Below, piece by piece: positions 25,726 to 38,569 of a DNA stretch of 64,000 nt. A program made the translations under genes and the position numbers. The stretch is taken from assembly GCF_036365525.1 (NCBI RefSeq), contig NC_090410.1, forward strand, positions 9,088,861 through 9,152,860, in the 5' to 3' direction. The notes beneath the pieces are model-generated. The model was not told where the DNA came from and searched no databases. It worked only from the letters and a program-made list of their open reading frames with translations. Every line of letters starts with the position of its first letter. Within the stretch, counting starts at the first letter, position 1. Source of the stretch: Heterodontus francisci (lineage: Eukaryota).

Positions 25726-25789
25726 GGAGCAAGAGCCCCAACCAACGTTCCCTTTCCTACCCCAGGAACACCAAAGGCCAATTTTAGAA

Positions 25790-26108
25790 CCGCTCTCCCC
25801 TCCGAGCTAGAAGATCGTAGGTGCAAGTCCCACTCCGGAGAACATCATCTAGGCAGTAGGGAGGGAGTGCTGCACTGTCAGAGGTGCCATCTTTCGGATG
25901 AGATGTTTAACTGAGACCCCTTCTGCCCTCTCAGGCGGTAAAAAGAAATGTCCATGGGAACTTTTACGTCCACCTGAGGGGCCAGAAGGGCCTAATTTAA
26001 CATCTCAGCTGAAAGACGGAGATAAAAGATCCCACAGACACTATTTCGAAGAAGGACAGGGGAGTTCGCCCACTGGTGTCCTGGCTAATATTTATCCCTC
26101 AACCAACA
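25790..26108 (+). mobile_element. DeuSINE 5' part, truncated at a minisatellite
   Basis: Deu core up to AATATTTATCCCTCAACCAACAT. Confidence 0.68.
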
Positions 26109-26895
26109 TAAACACAGGCCCACACTGAGTCCGATATGCAGTATAAACACAGGCCCACACTGAGTCCGATATACAGTATAAACACAGGCCCACACTGAGT
26201 CCGATATACAGTATAAACACAGGCCCACACTGAGTCCGATATGCAGTATAAACACAGGCCCACACTGAGACCGATATACAGTATAAACACAGGCCCACAC
26301 TAAGTCCGATATACAGTATAACACAGGCCCACACTGAGTCCGATATACAGTATAAACACAGGCCTACACTGAATCCGATATACAGTATAAACACAGGCCC
26401 ACACTGAGTCCGATATACAGTATAAACACAGGCCCACACTGAGTCCGATATACAGTATAAACACAGGCCCACACTGAGTCCGATATACAGTATAAACACA
26501 GACCCACACTCATTTGGGTATACAGTATAAACAGGCCCACATGCAGCCCGGTATATAGTGTGTAAACACAGGCCCACACTCAGTCCAGTTTACAGTATAA
26601 GCACAGACCCACACTCAATCCGGTATACAGTATAAACACAGACCCACACTCAGTCCGATATACAGTATAAACACAGACCCACACTCATTTGGGTATACAG
26701 TATAAACAGGCCCACATGCAGCCCGGTATATAGTGTGTAAACACAGGCCCACGCTCAGTCCAGTAGACAGTATAAACACAGGCCCATACTCAGTCCTGTA
26801 TACAGTATATAAACACAGGCCCAAACTTAAGTCTAATGTACACAGTATAAACACACGCTAGTACCCAGTCTAACAGATACAGGATAAACACAGTC
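26109..26895. repeat. 35-bp minisatellite (about 22 units), consensus TAAACACAGGCCCACACTGAGTCCGATATACAGTA
   Basis: Units start at 26111, 26146, 26181 and onward. Near-perfect on the left and diverged on the right. Confidence 0.95.
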
Positions 26896-27024
26896 CAATT
26901 TTCAGCCAGAATTTATATAACATCAGCATTGCAAAGTACAGTACAGATGTTCCAATACTGACGTTCTTTACATTTCTTGTTTCGGGAGATCAGCCTCTGT
27001 CTAATGGGTGCTAGCCTCCACCAT

Positions 27025-27465
27025 GTAAAGAAAGACTTGCATTTATATAGCGCCTTCCTTGACCTCAGGACATTCCAAAGTGCTTTACAGCCAGTGAAGT
27101 ACTTTTGCAGTGTAGTTGCTGTTGTCACATAGGAAACGTGGCAGCAATTTGCACACAGCAAGCTCCCACAAGTATCAATGTGATAATGACCAGATAATCT
27201 ATTTTAGTGATGTTGGTTAAGAGATAAATATTTGCCAGGACACCGGGGAGAACTTCACAATAGTGCTTTGGGATCTTTTACATCCAACTGAGAGGGCGGT
27301 TTAACGTCTCTTTTGAAAGACAGCACATGTGACAATGCAGCGCTCCCTCAGTACTGCACTGGAGTGTTAGCCTTGCTAAGATGCTTAAATCTCTGGAGTG
27401 GGTCTCGAACCCACAACCTTCTGACTCAGAGGTGAGAGTGCTACCCACTGAGCTACAGCTGGCAC
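27025..27465 (-). mobile_element. DeuSINE copy (full length)
   Basis: Head GCCAGCTGTAGCTCAGTGGGTAGCACTCTC...GGGTTCGAGACCC, Deu core, tail. Confidence 0.85.
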
Positions 27466-28143
27466 CCAAAATGTAGACTCTGAACATGAACAAGCAAGGC
27501 TGGCTTCCAGCCTTAGATGAGCACTTGAAACGCCATAGCATACAAGGCTACGGGCCAAGTGCTGGAAAATGGGATTAGAATAGGTAGGTGTTTGATGGCT
27601 GGCGCAGACACGATGGGCCGAAGGGCCTGTTTCTGTGATGTATGACTCTATGACTCTAATTACTCCACTGAAACAGGACCAGTAAGCAGGTTTACCGGCC
27701 ACGCTTTCTTGGTTTTCTATTGGTGACATGAATGTCGGGTCGTTTATAATCCAGGAGCTCAACCGATAGAGAGAGCCCGTCTGCTGCCAGCTGCGTTGCT
27801 ATCGTGTACAAGCATTTTACGATTCCAACTGTCGCACTGCATCCAATTACCAGCTGATCTCATATATAGGATTACAGAGACGTTATAGCACAGAAACAGG
27901 CCATTTGGCCCAACTATTCTATGCTGGTGTTTACTCTCCACACGAGCCTCCTCCCATCCTACTTCATTTCACCCTATTAGCATAACCTTTTATTTCTTTC
28001 TACCTCATGTACTCGCCTAACTTCCCCGTAAAGGTATCTGTTATTCGCCTCAACTCCTCCACATTCTCACTAATCTCTGCATAAAGAGGTTTCTCCTGAA
28101 TTCCTTCTTGGATATATTAGTGACTGTCTTATATTTATGACAC

Positions 28144-28495
28144 GGGGCGGCACAGTGGCGCAGTGGTTAGCACCGCAGCCTCACAGCTCCAGCGACCCGG
28201 GTTCAATTCCGGGAACTGCCTGTGTGGAGTTTGCAAGTTCTCCCTGTGTCTGCGTGAGTTTCCTCCGGGTGCTCCGGTTTCCTCCCACATGCCAAAAGAC
28301 TTGCAGGTTGATAGGTTAATTGGCCATGATAAGTTACCCCGAGGATAGGTAGGTGGTCGGGAAATATAGGGACAGGTGGGGATGTGGTAGGAATATGGAA
28401 TTAGTATAGGATTAGTATAAATGGGTGGTTGATGGTCGGCACAGATTCGGTGGGCCGAAGGGCCTGTTTCAGTGCTGTATCTCTAAAAAAAAAAT
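28144..28495 (+). mobile_element. HE1-type V-SINE
   Basis: Full head, V-domain and HER1 tail. Confidence 0.9.
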
Positions 28496-29009
28496 TCCTA
28501 GCTTTGCACAGGTGGAAATGCCTGCTCCATTGTGATTCCTTGTGTAATTTTTCTGTGCTTTTTCTATATATGAATCCCATTCACAATCTTGAAGCGCTCT
28601 GTTAGGCGTCCCCTCAGTGATCTCTTTTGTCGAGCCACAGACCTTCTGTGGGTTTGCGTGAAGGATCCGGTGCACAGTTGTGATGTTCACCTGTCAATCG
28701 GATCTTGCTTTACTTTGCAAAATCTGAGGAATTGCAGCTGGGGCCGCATCGCAAAGCAGTTCTGATTGGTTGCGAATTTCAGGGCCCAGCTCAATAACTG
28801 GCTTTCCTATTTTCTTTCCCTTTAAAGATCATTTTGCATCTGTAGCAAAGTGTGTGACACCTTGACGTTTACCAGGATTAGCTATCCCTCTTTAACAGAG
28901 AGAACGTTCCGGGGCATTTCACAGAGGCACGAAGGAAGATAGACACCGAGCCAAGAGGAAGAGGTTAGGAGGGATGGCCAATGGACTATTTGGAGAGAGA
29001 GGTTTTCAA

Positions 29010-29250
29010 AAGAAAAATTTGCATTTATATAGCGCCTTTCACGACCTCAGGACATCCCAAAGTGTTTCGCAACCAATGAAGTACTTTTGAAGTGTAGTCA
29101 CTGTTATAATGTAGGAAACATGGCAGCCAATCTGTGCACAGTAAGCTCCCATAAGTAGCAGTGTGATAATGACCAGTGATGTTGGTTGAGGGATATATTG
29201 GCCAGGACACCGGGGAGAACTCCCCTGCTCTTCTTTGAAATAATGCCATG
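29010..29250 (-). mobile_element. DeuSINE 3' half
   Basis: Deu core and tail. Confidence 0.75.
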
Positions 29251-29259
29251 GGACTATAT

Positions 29260-29890
29260 TATGTTCTCTTTCTCTTTTGGGCCTCCTTATCTCGAGAGAC
29301 AATGGATACGCGCCTGGAGGTGGTCAGTGGTTTGTGAAGCAGCGCCTGGAGTGGCTATAAAGGCCAATTCTAGATTAGATTAGATTAGAGATACAGCACT
29401 GAAACAGGCCCTTCGGCCCACCGAGTCTGTGCTGACCATCAACCACCCACTTATACTAATCCTACACTAATCCCATATTCCTACCAAACATCCCCACCTG
29501 TCCCTATATTTCCCTACCACCTACCTATACTAGTGACAATTTATAATGGCCAATTTACCTACCAACCTGCAAGTCTTTTGGCTTGTGGGAGGAAACCGGA
29601 GCACCCAGAGAAAACCCACGCAGACACAGAGAGAACTTGCAAACTCCACACAGGCAGTACCCAGAATCGAACCCAGGTCCCTGGAGCTGTGAGGCTGCAG
29701 TGCTAACCACTGCGCCACTGTGACAGGCTCTTCCACAGGTGCTGCAGAGAAATTTGTTTGTCGGGGCTGTTGCACAGTTGGCTCTCCCCTTGCGCCTCTG
29801 TCTTTTTTCCTGCCAACTACTAAGTCTCTTCGACTCACCACATTTTAGCCCTGTCTTTATGGCTGCCCGCCAGCTCTGGCGAATGCCACC
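29260..29890 (-). mobile_element. RTE-clade LINE 3' end, split by an HE1 SINE
   Basis: The reading WRAAIKTG...KRQRRK...FLCSTCGRACHS resumes after the SINE as RIGLYSHSRRC, the RTE C-terminal zinc-finger-like motif. Confidence 0.78.
29371..29721 (-). mobile_element. HE1-type V-SINE
   Basis: V-domain, HER1 tail, (CTAAT)n end. Confidence 0.9.
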
Positions 29891-29899
29891 GTCACAATT

Positions 29900-30450
29900 A
29901 TAACTCAGTGGTTTGGCCTCACCTGGAGTATTGTGTCCAGTTCTGGGCAGCATACTTTTGGAAGGATGGCAAAGCCTTGGAGAGGGTGCAGAGGAGGTTT
30001 ACGAGAATGGTACCAGAAATGAGGGACTTCAGTTTCGTGGAGAGATTAGAAAATCTGGGATTGTTCTCTTTCGAGCTAGGGGAAGTTTAATAGAGCTGCT
30101 CAGAATCATGAGGAGTTTTGATCGAGTAAATAGGGAGAAACTGTTTCCAGTGGCGGGAGGGTTGGTAACCAGAGGACACAGATTTAAAAATAATTGTCAA
30201 ATATTTCAGGAGGGAAATGTGGAGAATTTTTATGCAGGGCATTGTTATAATCTAACAGTCACGGCCTGAAAGGGCGGTGGAAGCAGATTCCATCGTAACT
30301 TTCAAAATGAAATGGGATAAATAGTTGAAAAGGAGAAATTTGCAGGGCGATGTGGAAAGAGCAGGGGAGTGGGGCTAATTGGACAGCTCTTTAAAAGGGC
30401 TTGCACAGACTCAGTGGGTGAATGGCCTCCTGTGGTGTATGATTCTATGA
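29900..30450 (+). mobile_element. CR1 LINE 3' fragment
   Basis: PHLEYCVQFW...LERVQRRFTRMVP motifs. Confidence 0.82.
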
Positions 30451-30939
30451 TCAGAAAAACAGTAGTAGGGACAAGTGGCCTCACTCGATGTAGAAGAAGC
30501 AAGTTCTACAATGGCAGCAGATGTACTTCAAAAGGTAAATCGTTAAGACACACTGAGGATGTGAAGGTGCTATAGAAATGCAAGCTTGCTGTTTCTTGCA
30601 GCAAGAAGGTAACCGCAGAGCCAATAGACCTGATTGTTGCTGTTGGCTCCACGTTGCTCTCTGCCCAGGGACTCTGGGGTTCACCAGCCCTAGGGAGACG
30701 GCAATACAGGCTTCAGTTGGGTCTTTTGGATGAGATGTTAAACCGAGGTCCCATTTGCCTCTTTGGATAGGTATTAAAGATCCCATGGCACTATTGGAAG
30801 AAGAGCAGGGGAGTTCTCCCCTGGTGTACTTGCCAACATTCCTCCTTTGATCAGATTAACTTGTCATTCATTTCATTGGCTCTTTGTGGGATCTTGTGGG
30901 TGTGGATCACGCATTTTATTTGCCCCCGTAACAACAATC

Positions 30940-31425
30940 ATTCCACCTCTGTAACATCGCTTGTCTCCGTCCCTGCTCCACTATTGCTCCAACACTTATC
31001 CACGTCTTTGTTACCTCCTGACCTGATTATTCAAATACTCTCCTGGCCAATGCCCCCACCTCCATTAACCTGAGCTCATCCAAAACTTTGCCCATATCCT
31101 AACTCGCATCAAGTCCCATTCGCCCATCACTCTTCTACTTGACCACCTACATTGGCTCATGTCTACCATTGCATCAATCTTTAAATTTCTCATTCTTGTT
31201 TTCAAATCCCTCCATGGCACATCACCCCTCCGTATCTCTGTAACCTCCTCCAGTCCCACAACCCTCTTAGATCTCTGCACTCCTCTGATTCCGACCTCTT
31301 GTGTATCGCAGAGTTTTGTCATCTGCCATTGGTGGCCAAGCCTTCAGCCGCCTTGGCCCTAAGCTCTGGACTTCCCTCCCTAAACCTCGCCACTCCTCTA
31401 CCCTTCTCTCCTCCTAAAGACACTC
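30940..31425 (+). mobile_element. L2-type LINE 3' fragment
   Basis: HLHWL..FKFLILVFKSLHG-type coding remnant and L2 3' region. Confidence 0.7.
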
Positions 31426-31427
31426 CT

Positions 31428-32735
31428 TACATGGAATTACATAGGGGTTTACAGCACAGAAACAGGCTCAACTGGTCCATGCCCGTGTTTATGCTCCACA
31501 TGAGCCTTCTCCCATGTTTTCATGTCACCCTATCAGCTGAACCTTCTATTCCTTTCTCCCTCATGTACTTATCTAGCTTCCCCTTAAATGAATCTATTCA
31601 CCTCACTACTCCATATGGTAACAAGTTCCACATTCTCATCACTCTCTGGGTGAAGGCGTTTCTCCTGAGTTCCTTATTGGATTTAATAGTCCTAATTTTA
31701 GGACTCCTGCATGCGGTAATATTTTCTCTATGCCTATCCTAACAAACCCTTTGATAATCTTTCAAGTTACCCTTCAGCATTCTCATTATGGAGAAAAGAG
31801 CCGCAGCCTATTCAGCCTTTCATGGTAGTTGTAACCTCTCAATTCTGGTATCGCACTCATCAATCTGGTTTGCACCTTTTCCAGTGCCTCTGTATCCTTT
31901 CTGGAGAGCAGATCTGTGCACAGTACTCCCAAGTGTGGTCTAACCAAGGTTCATTACATGTTTAACATAACTTTATTGCTTTTAATTCTATCGCTCTAGA
32001 AATGAACCCCATTATTTCTATTACTGTTAATTTTTTTTTAAGGTGCCCTCTCGTCCCCCAACTCCAAACCTGAGCATTCACCAGCCTAGATAGAGAGCAA
32101 GCAAATCCAGGTTACCTCCAATCCTGCTGTTGAAACAGCCGGCAAGAGGTGTGAGCATTCCCGGTCTTGATACTTTTCCCTGATCTCGTTCTGTTTCTCT
32201 GTGTTTGGAAGTATCCCAGTTCACAAGGGAGTTCTTCCCAAAGGTGTGCCAGCCAATATTAATCCCTAAAGGATCATCACCAAAAATGGATTATCTGGTC
32301 ATAAGAAATAGGAGCAGGTCATTCAGCCCTTTGAGCCTGCACTATCCCCATATTCCTTGATTCCCTTTGTATCTAAAAATCTGTCGACCTCTATCATGAA
32401 TATACTCAACAACTGAGCATCCACAGCCCTCTGGGGTAGAGAATTCCAAAGGTTCACGACCCTTTGAGTGAAGAAATTCCTCCTCATCTCAGTCCCAAAT
32501 GGCCTACCCCTTATTCAGAGACTGAGACACCATATTGTAGACTCTCCAGCCAGGTGGAAACATCCTCCCATCATCTATCCCATCAATCTCCTTAAAAAAA
32601 TGTAATATGTTTCAATGAGATCACCTCTCATTCTTCTAAACACCAATCTCTCCTCATAGGACAATCCCCTCATCCCAGGATATCAGTCTGGTGAACCTTT
32701 GTTGCACTCCCTCCAAGGCAAATAGGTCTTTCCTT
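31428..32735 (-). mobile_element. Cluster of degenerate CR1 3' fragments, partly inserted in a DeuSINE
   Basis: CR1 3' region motifs; LVRPH-EYCAQ remnant near 31920-31950 on the - strand. Confidence 0.6.
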
Positions 32736-33337
32736 TATGGCCATTATTGCATTTCTGTTTGTGGGACCTTGCTGTGCACGAATTGGCTGCCTGTTTCCCT
32801 GTATTAAGCCTACACTTCATGAAGCAGTTCATTGACTGTATTTAAAATCTACCTCTTTGACCAAGCTTTTAGTTGTCTGTCCTATTATCTCCCTGTGTGG
32901 CTCAGTGCCAGAACATGCTGAATATGCTCCTGTGTAGAGCCTTGGGACATTTTGCTACATTAAAGGTGCTGCGTAAATGCCAGGTGTTGTTGTACAAATA
33001 ACTCATTTGTTCTGTGAAGAATGTATAATTGGTGTGTGTGTGTGTGTGTGTGCAGGAGCGGGGCAGTGAGGGTCTTCAGAATACGACACCTATAAATTCA
33101 AATTGGTTTAGTGGCTTGTTGTGTGAATGCTCTACCCTGAGTGGTACTGAGGTTTACAGACTAGGCTCGGTAATGTGTCTGCAGATCAGAGTCAGGGAGG
33201 AAGTCGGGGGTTCTCCGGTTGGATGGGGATGGGAAGAATCAAGTAGCACGTGAACCTCGTGATAGGGTCCAGGATCAGGCTCGGGGGCAGTGTGGCCTTT
33301 AGCCCAAAAGCCTCGCATGTAAAGGGTGGCTATCTAG

Positions 33338-33752
33338 GTGTCAGCCGAAGCTCAGTGGGCAACATTCCCGCCTCTGAAGGTTCTGGGTTCAAGTCCCACT
33401 CCAGATACTCATGCACATAATCGAGGCTGACACACCCAATGCAGTGCTGAGGGAGTGCTGCACTACCTGAGGCGCCGTCTGCCCTCCCGTGTGAGCATAA
33501 GGGATCCCGTGGCCTTATTTGAAGAAGAGCAGGGGCGTTCTCCCCAGTGTCCTGGCCAATATTTACCCCTCAAAGGACATTTAAAAAAAAGCAGATGATC
33601 TGGTCATTATCGAATTGTTGTTTGTGGAATCTTGCTGTGTGCAAATTGTCTGCCGTGTTTCCTACATTATAACAGTAACTACACTTCAAAGGTACTTCAT
33701 TGACTGTAAGTACTTTGGGACGTCGCGAAAGCTGCTATAGAAATGCAAGTTC
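33338..33752 (+). mobile_element. DeuSINE copy (full length)
   Basis: Head GCTCAGTGGGC...GGGTTCAAGTCCC, Deu core, tail. Confidence 0.82.
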
Positions 33753-33992
33753 TTGGTGAGGATGGTCAGCATGTCTAGAACCCTCCTTACCTGCGGGTGT
33801 GCTCAGGGGAGGGATGTAGAAAGAGCAGAGAGAGAGAGGTTAACACTTTAGGTGAGATGCTCGCAGACATTCAACATCTCTCACTCTCTCTCTCTTGTTT
33901 TGCAGGCGAGGTCAAAACTGGACGCGTCTCCTTCGAACTGAATGAACGGGAAACGGAGACTGTGAGAGCTGGGGCCTGGCGGCCACAAAAGA

Positions 33993-35984
33993 ATGGAACA
34001 AAACACTTTCTCTCGCATAAGACTTTGGTGCCCCAGGCCTCTTGGCACCTACTCTCAGAACAAGCAGTGCTGCATCAGCGTCAAGAAGACCACGGGCGAT
34101 GCCAGGACCAAAGAGAATGAGCCCTCGTGCTCAGAGAACATGCCTCCTCCTCCCTCTACCACTGGCGGGGGCACTGCCCCGGGGGATGGGCAAGGGGAGG
34201 AAGGGCGGGTCATGCTGGATACCTGGTATGTCATCAAGCCAGGCAACACCAAGGAGAAGATCGCCTTCTTCGTCGCTCACCAGTGTGGTGGTGGCGGCAG
34301 CCGGAGCAACGCGGTGAAGGTCAAGGGCAATTGGAGTACAGATGGGACTAAGCCCAAGAGGAGGCGGAAGTCGCACGACCCTACCAAGGGCTGCCCAGCA
34401 AGGCTGAGGGAGCCGTGCCGGCTGGCGGAGAGGCTTTGCGTCTGCTCGGACCCCGTGGAACCGCCCTGTGAGACGGACCCGGTTTCAGTGGCGGAGATGG
34501 TGGCACGGGTGGAGCAGCGGGCGACGGCGGCCCCGCGGGGACAGGCCCGTCCGCCCCCGGAGCCATGCGGGGCGACGGGCGGGCAGGCGGGTGAGCCGCC
34601 GCCCCCGCCCATGGTGGTCCCCGAGGAGCAGGAGTCTGGCAGAGGGAGGGACGGGGGCGCCGATACCAGCCGGGTGGCCGAGGCCATTGCCAAGTTTGAG
34701 TCTGCGCAGCGGGGCAGTGGGGGTGAGGACGGCGGAGGGCGGCGCAATGGGCTTGCAAAGGGCGAGGGGGCCGGCGCCGGGGGGGGTGGAGATCGTGCCC
34801 CCTGTTCCGCCGGTGAAGTGCGCATTGCCTTCCGGGTGGCCAGCGGGGACACCCGCTCACCGGCGGAGGCGCAGTCCAGCACGGGGCCCAGCTGCATCTT
34901 CATGAGCTGCAACCACACCGTCTGCAGTGGGGCCATGGAGAAGATCACCTGCGACCTCTACCATATCGTCAGCCCCTCTTCCTCCTCCTCCTCCTCCTCC
35001 TCCTCTGTGTCTGCTGCTGACTTCCCGCCCGGAGGCGGTGGCGGCAGCAGCAACAACCACGGCAGTTTGGCCCGCTCCCGGTCGGATGTGGAGATGACGA
35101 CGCCCCACCCAGTCGAAGAGCAGCGGAACGACAGCCTCCCCGACGGCGCCGCCGCTACCACCCCTTCCTCGGAGAAGAGCGTGCCGCGGGACTGCCTGAA
35201 CGGCTTCCACGTGGAGGTAGTGGTGACGGGTGGCGTGGACCAGTGCGTCTTCTTCGGGCGGGAGGGAGCCCAGGGCGACAAGGAGGACACGGTCTGCGTG
35301 ACGGTCAGCGGCCCCAGCCAAGACGCCAAGTGCCTGGCCTGCGAGGACCCTCCGCCAGGCCAGCTCTTCTTCCTCCACTCTCTGGCCCAGAGCCCCGAGG
35401 CGGACCCCTCGGCGGACGAGTCGTCCGACAGGAAGCCCAGCCCGACCAGGCAGGGCCTGCCAGAGGCCAAGGAGAAGGCGGTCCTCTTGAGCCCCGAAAC
35501 CGACCCGCAGGACGCCTCGCTCTACTGCCTCTACCGCCACGTCTCGCATGACTTCCTGGAGATCCGGTTCAAGATCCAGCGCCTACTGGAACCCCGGCAG
35601 TACCTGCTTCTCCTCCCTGACCATGTGACAGTGAAGATCCTGAGCTACCTCCCAACCCGGGCCCTGGCCGCCCTCAAGTGCGTCTGCCACCACTTCAAGG
35701 CCGTCATTGAAGCCTACGGGGTCCGTGCCACTGACTCTCGGTGGAACCGAGACCCACTTTACCGCGATGACCCCTGCAAACAATGCAAGAAGCGCTATGA
35801 GAGGGGCGACGTCTCGCTCTGCCGCTGGCATCCCAAACCTTATCACCACGACCTGCCTTATGGACGCTCCTACTGGATGTGTTGCCGACGGAAAGACAGG
35901 GACACACCGGGCTGCCGAATCGGACTCCATGACAATAACTGGGTGCAGCCCAGTGACACATTAAAGAGGGAGGAGGGGAGGTAA
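33993..35984 (+). CDS. fbxo46: F-box only protein 46 (663 aa, single coding exon)
   Basis: N-terminal LWCPRPLGTYSQN; FBXO34/46 motifs LDTWYVIKPGNTKEKIAFFVAHQ, SVAEMVARVEQRA and HVSHDFLEIRFKIQRLLEP; F-box LPDHVTVKILSYLP; C-terminal YRDDPCKQC..CRWHPKPY..YWMCC. Acceptor (CT)n TTGTTTTGCAG| at 33905/33906. Confidence 0.95.
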   Translation: MEQNTFSRIRLWCPRPLGTYSQNKQCCISVKKTTGDARTKENEPSCSENMPPPPSTTGGGTAPGDGQGEEGRVMLDTWYVIKPGNTKEKIAFFVAHQCGGGGSRSNAVKVKGNWSTDGTKPKRRRKSHDPTKGCPARLREPCRLAERLCVCSDPVEPPCETDPVSVAEMVARVEQRATAAPRGQARPPPEPCGATGGQAGEPPPPPMVVPEEQESGRGRDGGADTSRVAEAIAKFESAQRGSGGEDGGGRRNGLAKGEGAGAGGGGDRAPCSAGEVRIAFRVASGDTRSPAEAQSSTGPSCIFMSCNHTVCSGAMEKITCDLYHIVSPSSSSSSSSSSVSAADFPPGGGGGSSNNHGSLARSRSDVEMTTPHPVEEQRNDSLPDGAAATTPSSEKSVPRDCLNGFHVEVVVTGGVDQCVFFGREGAQGDKEDTVCVTVSGPSQDAKCLACEDPPPGQLFFLHSLAQSPEADPSADESSDRKPSPTRQGLPEAKEKAVLLSPETDPQDASLYCLYRHVSHDFLEIRFKIQRLLEPRQYLLLLPDHVTVKILSYLPTRALAALKCVCHHFKAVIEAYGVRATDSRWNRDPLYRDDPCKQCKKRYERGDVSLCRWHPKPYHHDLPYGRSYWMCCRRKDRDTPGCRIGLHDNNWVQPSDTLKREEGR

Positions 35985-37794
35985 AACGGATAAATAAAAA
36001 AAAAGGAACACCCACGGAAGGCTTTTTTTCTATATAATCCTCGCCCTCCTTCCCTACTCCGTCCTGTGATTGAACATTCTGGCTTCTTGTGTGCTAGAGC
36101 TATTTAATTTTTGTTTTGTTTGAGGTTGGGAGCGACGGGGGAGGAAGGGGTCGTATGGTGTGAGATTATTTGTTGAGAGCATGATAACGATTGTGTTTTT
36201 TTTCTTCCCTGTTATCCAAATATATTGAAACATAATTTAAGATCAATGCAAATGCAGCCTCGTTCATCTGCCTGCCCCTTGTTCACTCAAGGGCAAATTC
36301 TCCAGGGGTGTTTCCTTAACAATCACTTGGCCTTTCTACCAGCCCCTCACCCTGGTTCTTCTCATGCTATCGGGCTGAGAGGCCCATTAGCGGCTGTGAC
36401 TCACATGCTCAGAAACAAAATTAGGGGCTTTGTCCCTCCAAGGATAAGCCCCTCCCCTCTCACCTCACCCACGGCTCAGTTTGTGTAACCTTTGACCGCG
36501 AGCCATTCCTCGCAGGAAGGCCCCAGGCCTGTGCAGAGTTAGCAAACCTTGGGGGTGCTACAACTGAGTTGGGAGAGCGGGAGGGGGGAGCAGGTGTGGA
36601 GAGAGAGAGAGAGAGAGGGGTGGGGGGAGCTGGTGAGGTGGGATTCAGTCAGGGTTCCCAAACCCAATCCCCAAGCCATTCCCCACTGCTGGATAGTGGG
36701 CACCAGGCAAAGACAGCATTAGAATCGGTCGTGACTCCCATTCGCAACCAATTAACCGGCGCAGGTGGAGAATGGCCGTGGTGGGGGAGGGGGCAGAATT
36801 GGAATATGCCCCCCAACAGGAAGGGAGCACCTTCAGGAAATGAGACTATTGGGGACGGGAGGAAACAGGAAATCACAAAAAAAATCAATACCTTCACTTC
36901 AACGATCTGATTATATTTATTGCTGAGAATCGATTTGAAACAAAATGGCAACCAGCATGAAACACAGGCCACAAACACTTATTACCTCCAAACCACATTG
37001 CTGACATAGACCACCCATTTCCATTTCGGGACAGTTGGGCTCAAGGGGATTGTTTCAAAGAACTTATTGAAAGGTTAGAAAGACAGTCAATCAGGAATAA
37101 AACGGCACCGGATCTGTCCTCATGGGAATCTTTCGGGAGAGTGGGAGGGGTGTTGGAGGGGAGAGGGTTTGGGCGGGCTGTCTTTTTCTATCTCACCCCC
37201 CCACCCCACCCCAGTGACTGTTCATAAGTAGGAGGGCATTAACATTCTAGCCCATTGCCTATCCTTACCGCTGGTTTATCTGTCGCTGGACATTGGGGCG
37301 TTACAGAACCCCCTACTACTGTCCTGGCTGGAGTTCACAGGCCACAGGTCGAAACTCGGGCCTGCTGGTCTGCCTGGGGGAGTGGCAAAGCTTTTACCCT
37401 CTGAATTAGTAAGTGTGTCTGTTGAATACTTTCCAGGCTGTCCGATAAAGGGCAAGATAATATATACCTCACCATCAACAAAAACCATCACTTGCTAAAC
37501 CACATCTCAACAGCAGGGTGTCATGTCCAAATATTTCAGCACAGCTTCCCTGGTCTGGCACAGTATCTGAATTGGCTTAAGGCAGTGAGGAGTTAAAATC
37601 TCCCTGAATGATTTTTTTTTAACATATCCGGTAATAAACTTGTTTCTCACAGTGTTGTAACGGTTCTATTATTTAGGGTATTTAACAGAATTCAAAACCA
37701 TTATCGAGGCCGATGCACTGGTATAATATGGCAGGACGGTGAGGGGGTGCTACCATGCCAGGGATGCCAAAGTTCAGATAAAAGGTTCATCTCA

Positions 37795-38190
37795 GGCCCT
37801 CTCGCCTCTTGAGTCAGAAGTTTGTGGGTTCAAGTCCTGCCCCAGAGACTTGAGCACAAAACCTAGGCTGGCACTCCCCGTGCTGTGTTGGCAGAGGTGT
37901 GGTCGTAAGGATGAAACGTTAAACCAAGGGCCCTGTCCGCCTTCTCAGGCGAATGTAAAATATCTGACGGCACTATTGGTAGATGAGCGGGGGAGTTCTC
38001 CCTGGTGTCCTTACCAAAATTCCTCTCTCAACTAATCAACATCGCCAAAAACAGTTGAACTGCCTGTTCGTCTCGTTGCTGCTTGTGGGATCTTGCTGTG
38101 TATGTAGTGGCTGCCACGTTTGGCTGCACTTGAGTGTAATTGTGTTGAGGCGTTGAGATATTTCAAGGTGCGATATAATTGCAAATGTTT
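37795..38190 (+). mobile_element. DeuSINE copy (diverged)
   Basis: Head and Deu core. Confidence 0.7.
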
Positions 38191-38569
38191 AATTAATATT
38201 TTTCATCCAGTTCTGGGATCTCTCTTCCCAAATTCTCTGAACCATTTGGGTGAAGACACCTGGAAGCTGCCTTCAATTTCCATCCAATCCTGTGGCCATT
38301 CCCCACCTCTCCAAAGCAACAAGACTGAAATTAGGAACTCAGCAGAGTGGTGGGGGGGAAGGGGGAAATGTACCCCTATATTAATGCCCTGCAATACTGA
38401 CCTCAATGGATGTGACCATGAATCAGATGCTCACGTGTTCATTTCGATGATTCCGAATTTTATGAAAATGCTCAAATTCCCCACCTAGGTCCACAGTGAC
38501 AGAAGGGGCTGGGTGACCATGTAAACTTCTTTAACTCAGAGAGTGGTGAGAATGTGGAACTTGCTACCA

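Noticed and set aside
26085-26854. Repetitive ORFs and a CRISPR-like appearance of the 35-bp array
   Set aside because: Head-to-tail tandem units with no unique spacers, no cas genes and a vertebrate context. The ORFs are translations of the repeat.
34042-36015. Many overlapping and antisense ORFs (for example 34277-34948 and 34857-35549)
   Set aside because: Shadow frames of the GC-rich fbxo46 exon, with no recognisable motifs.
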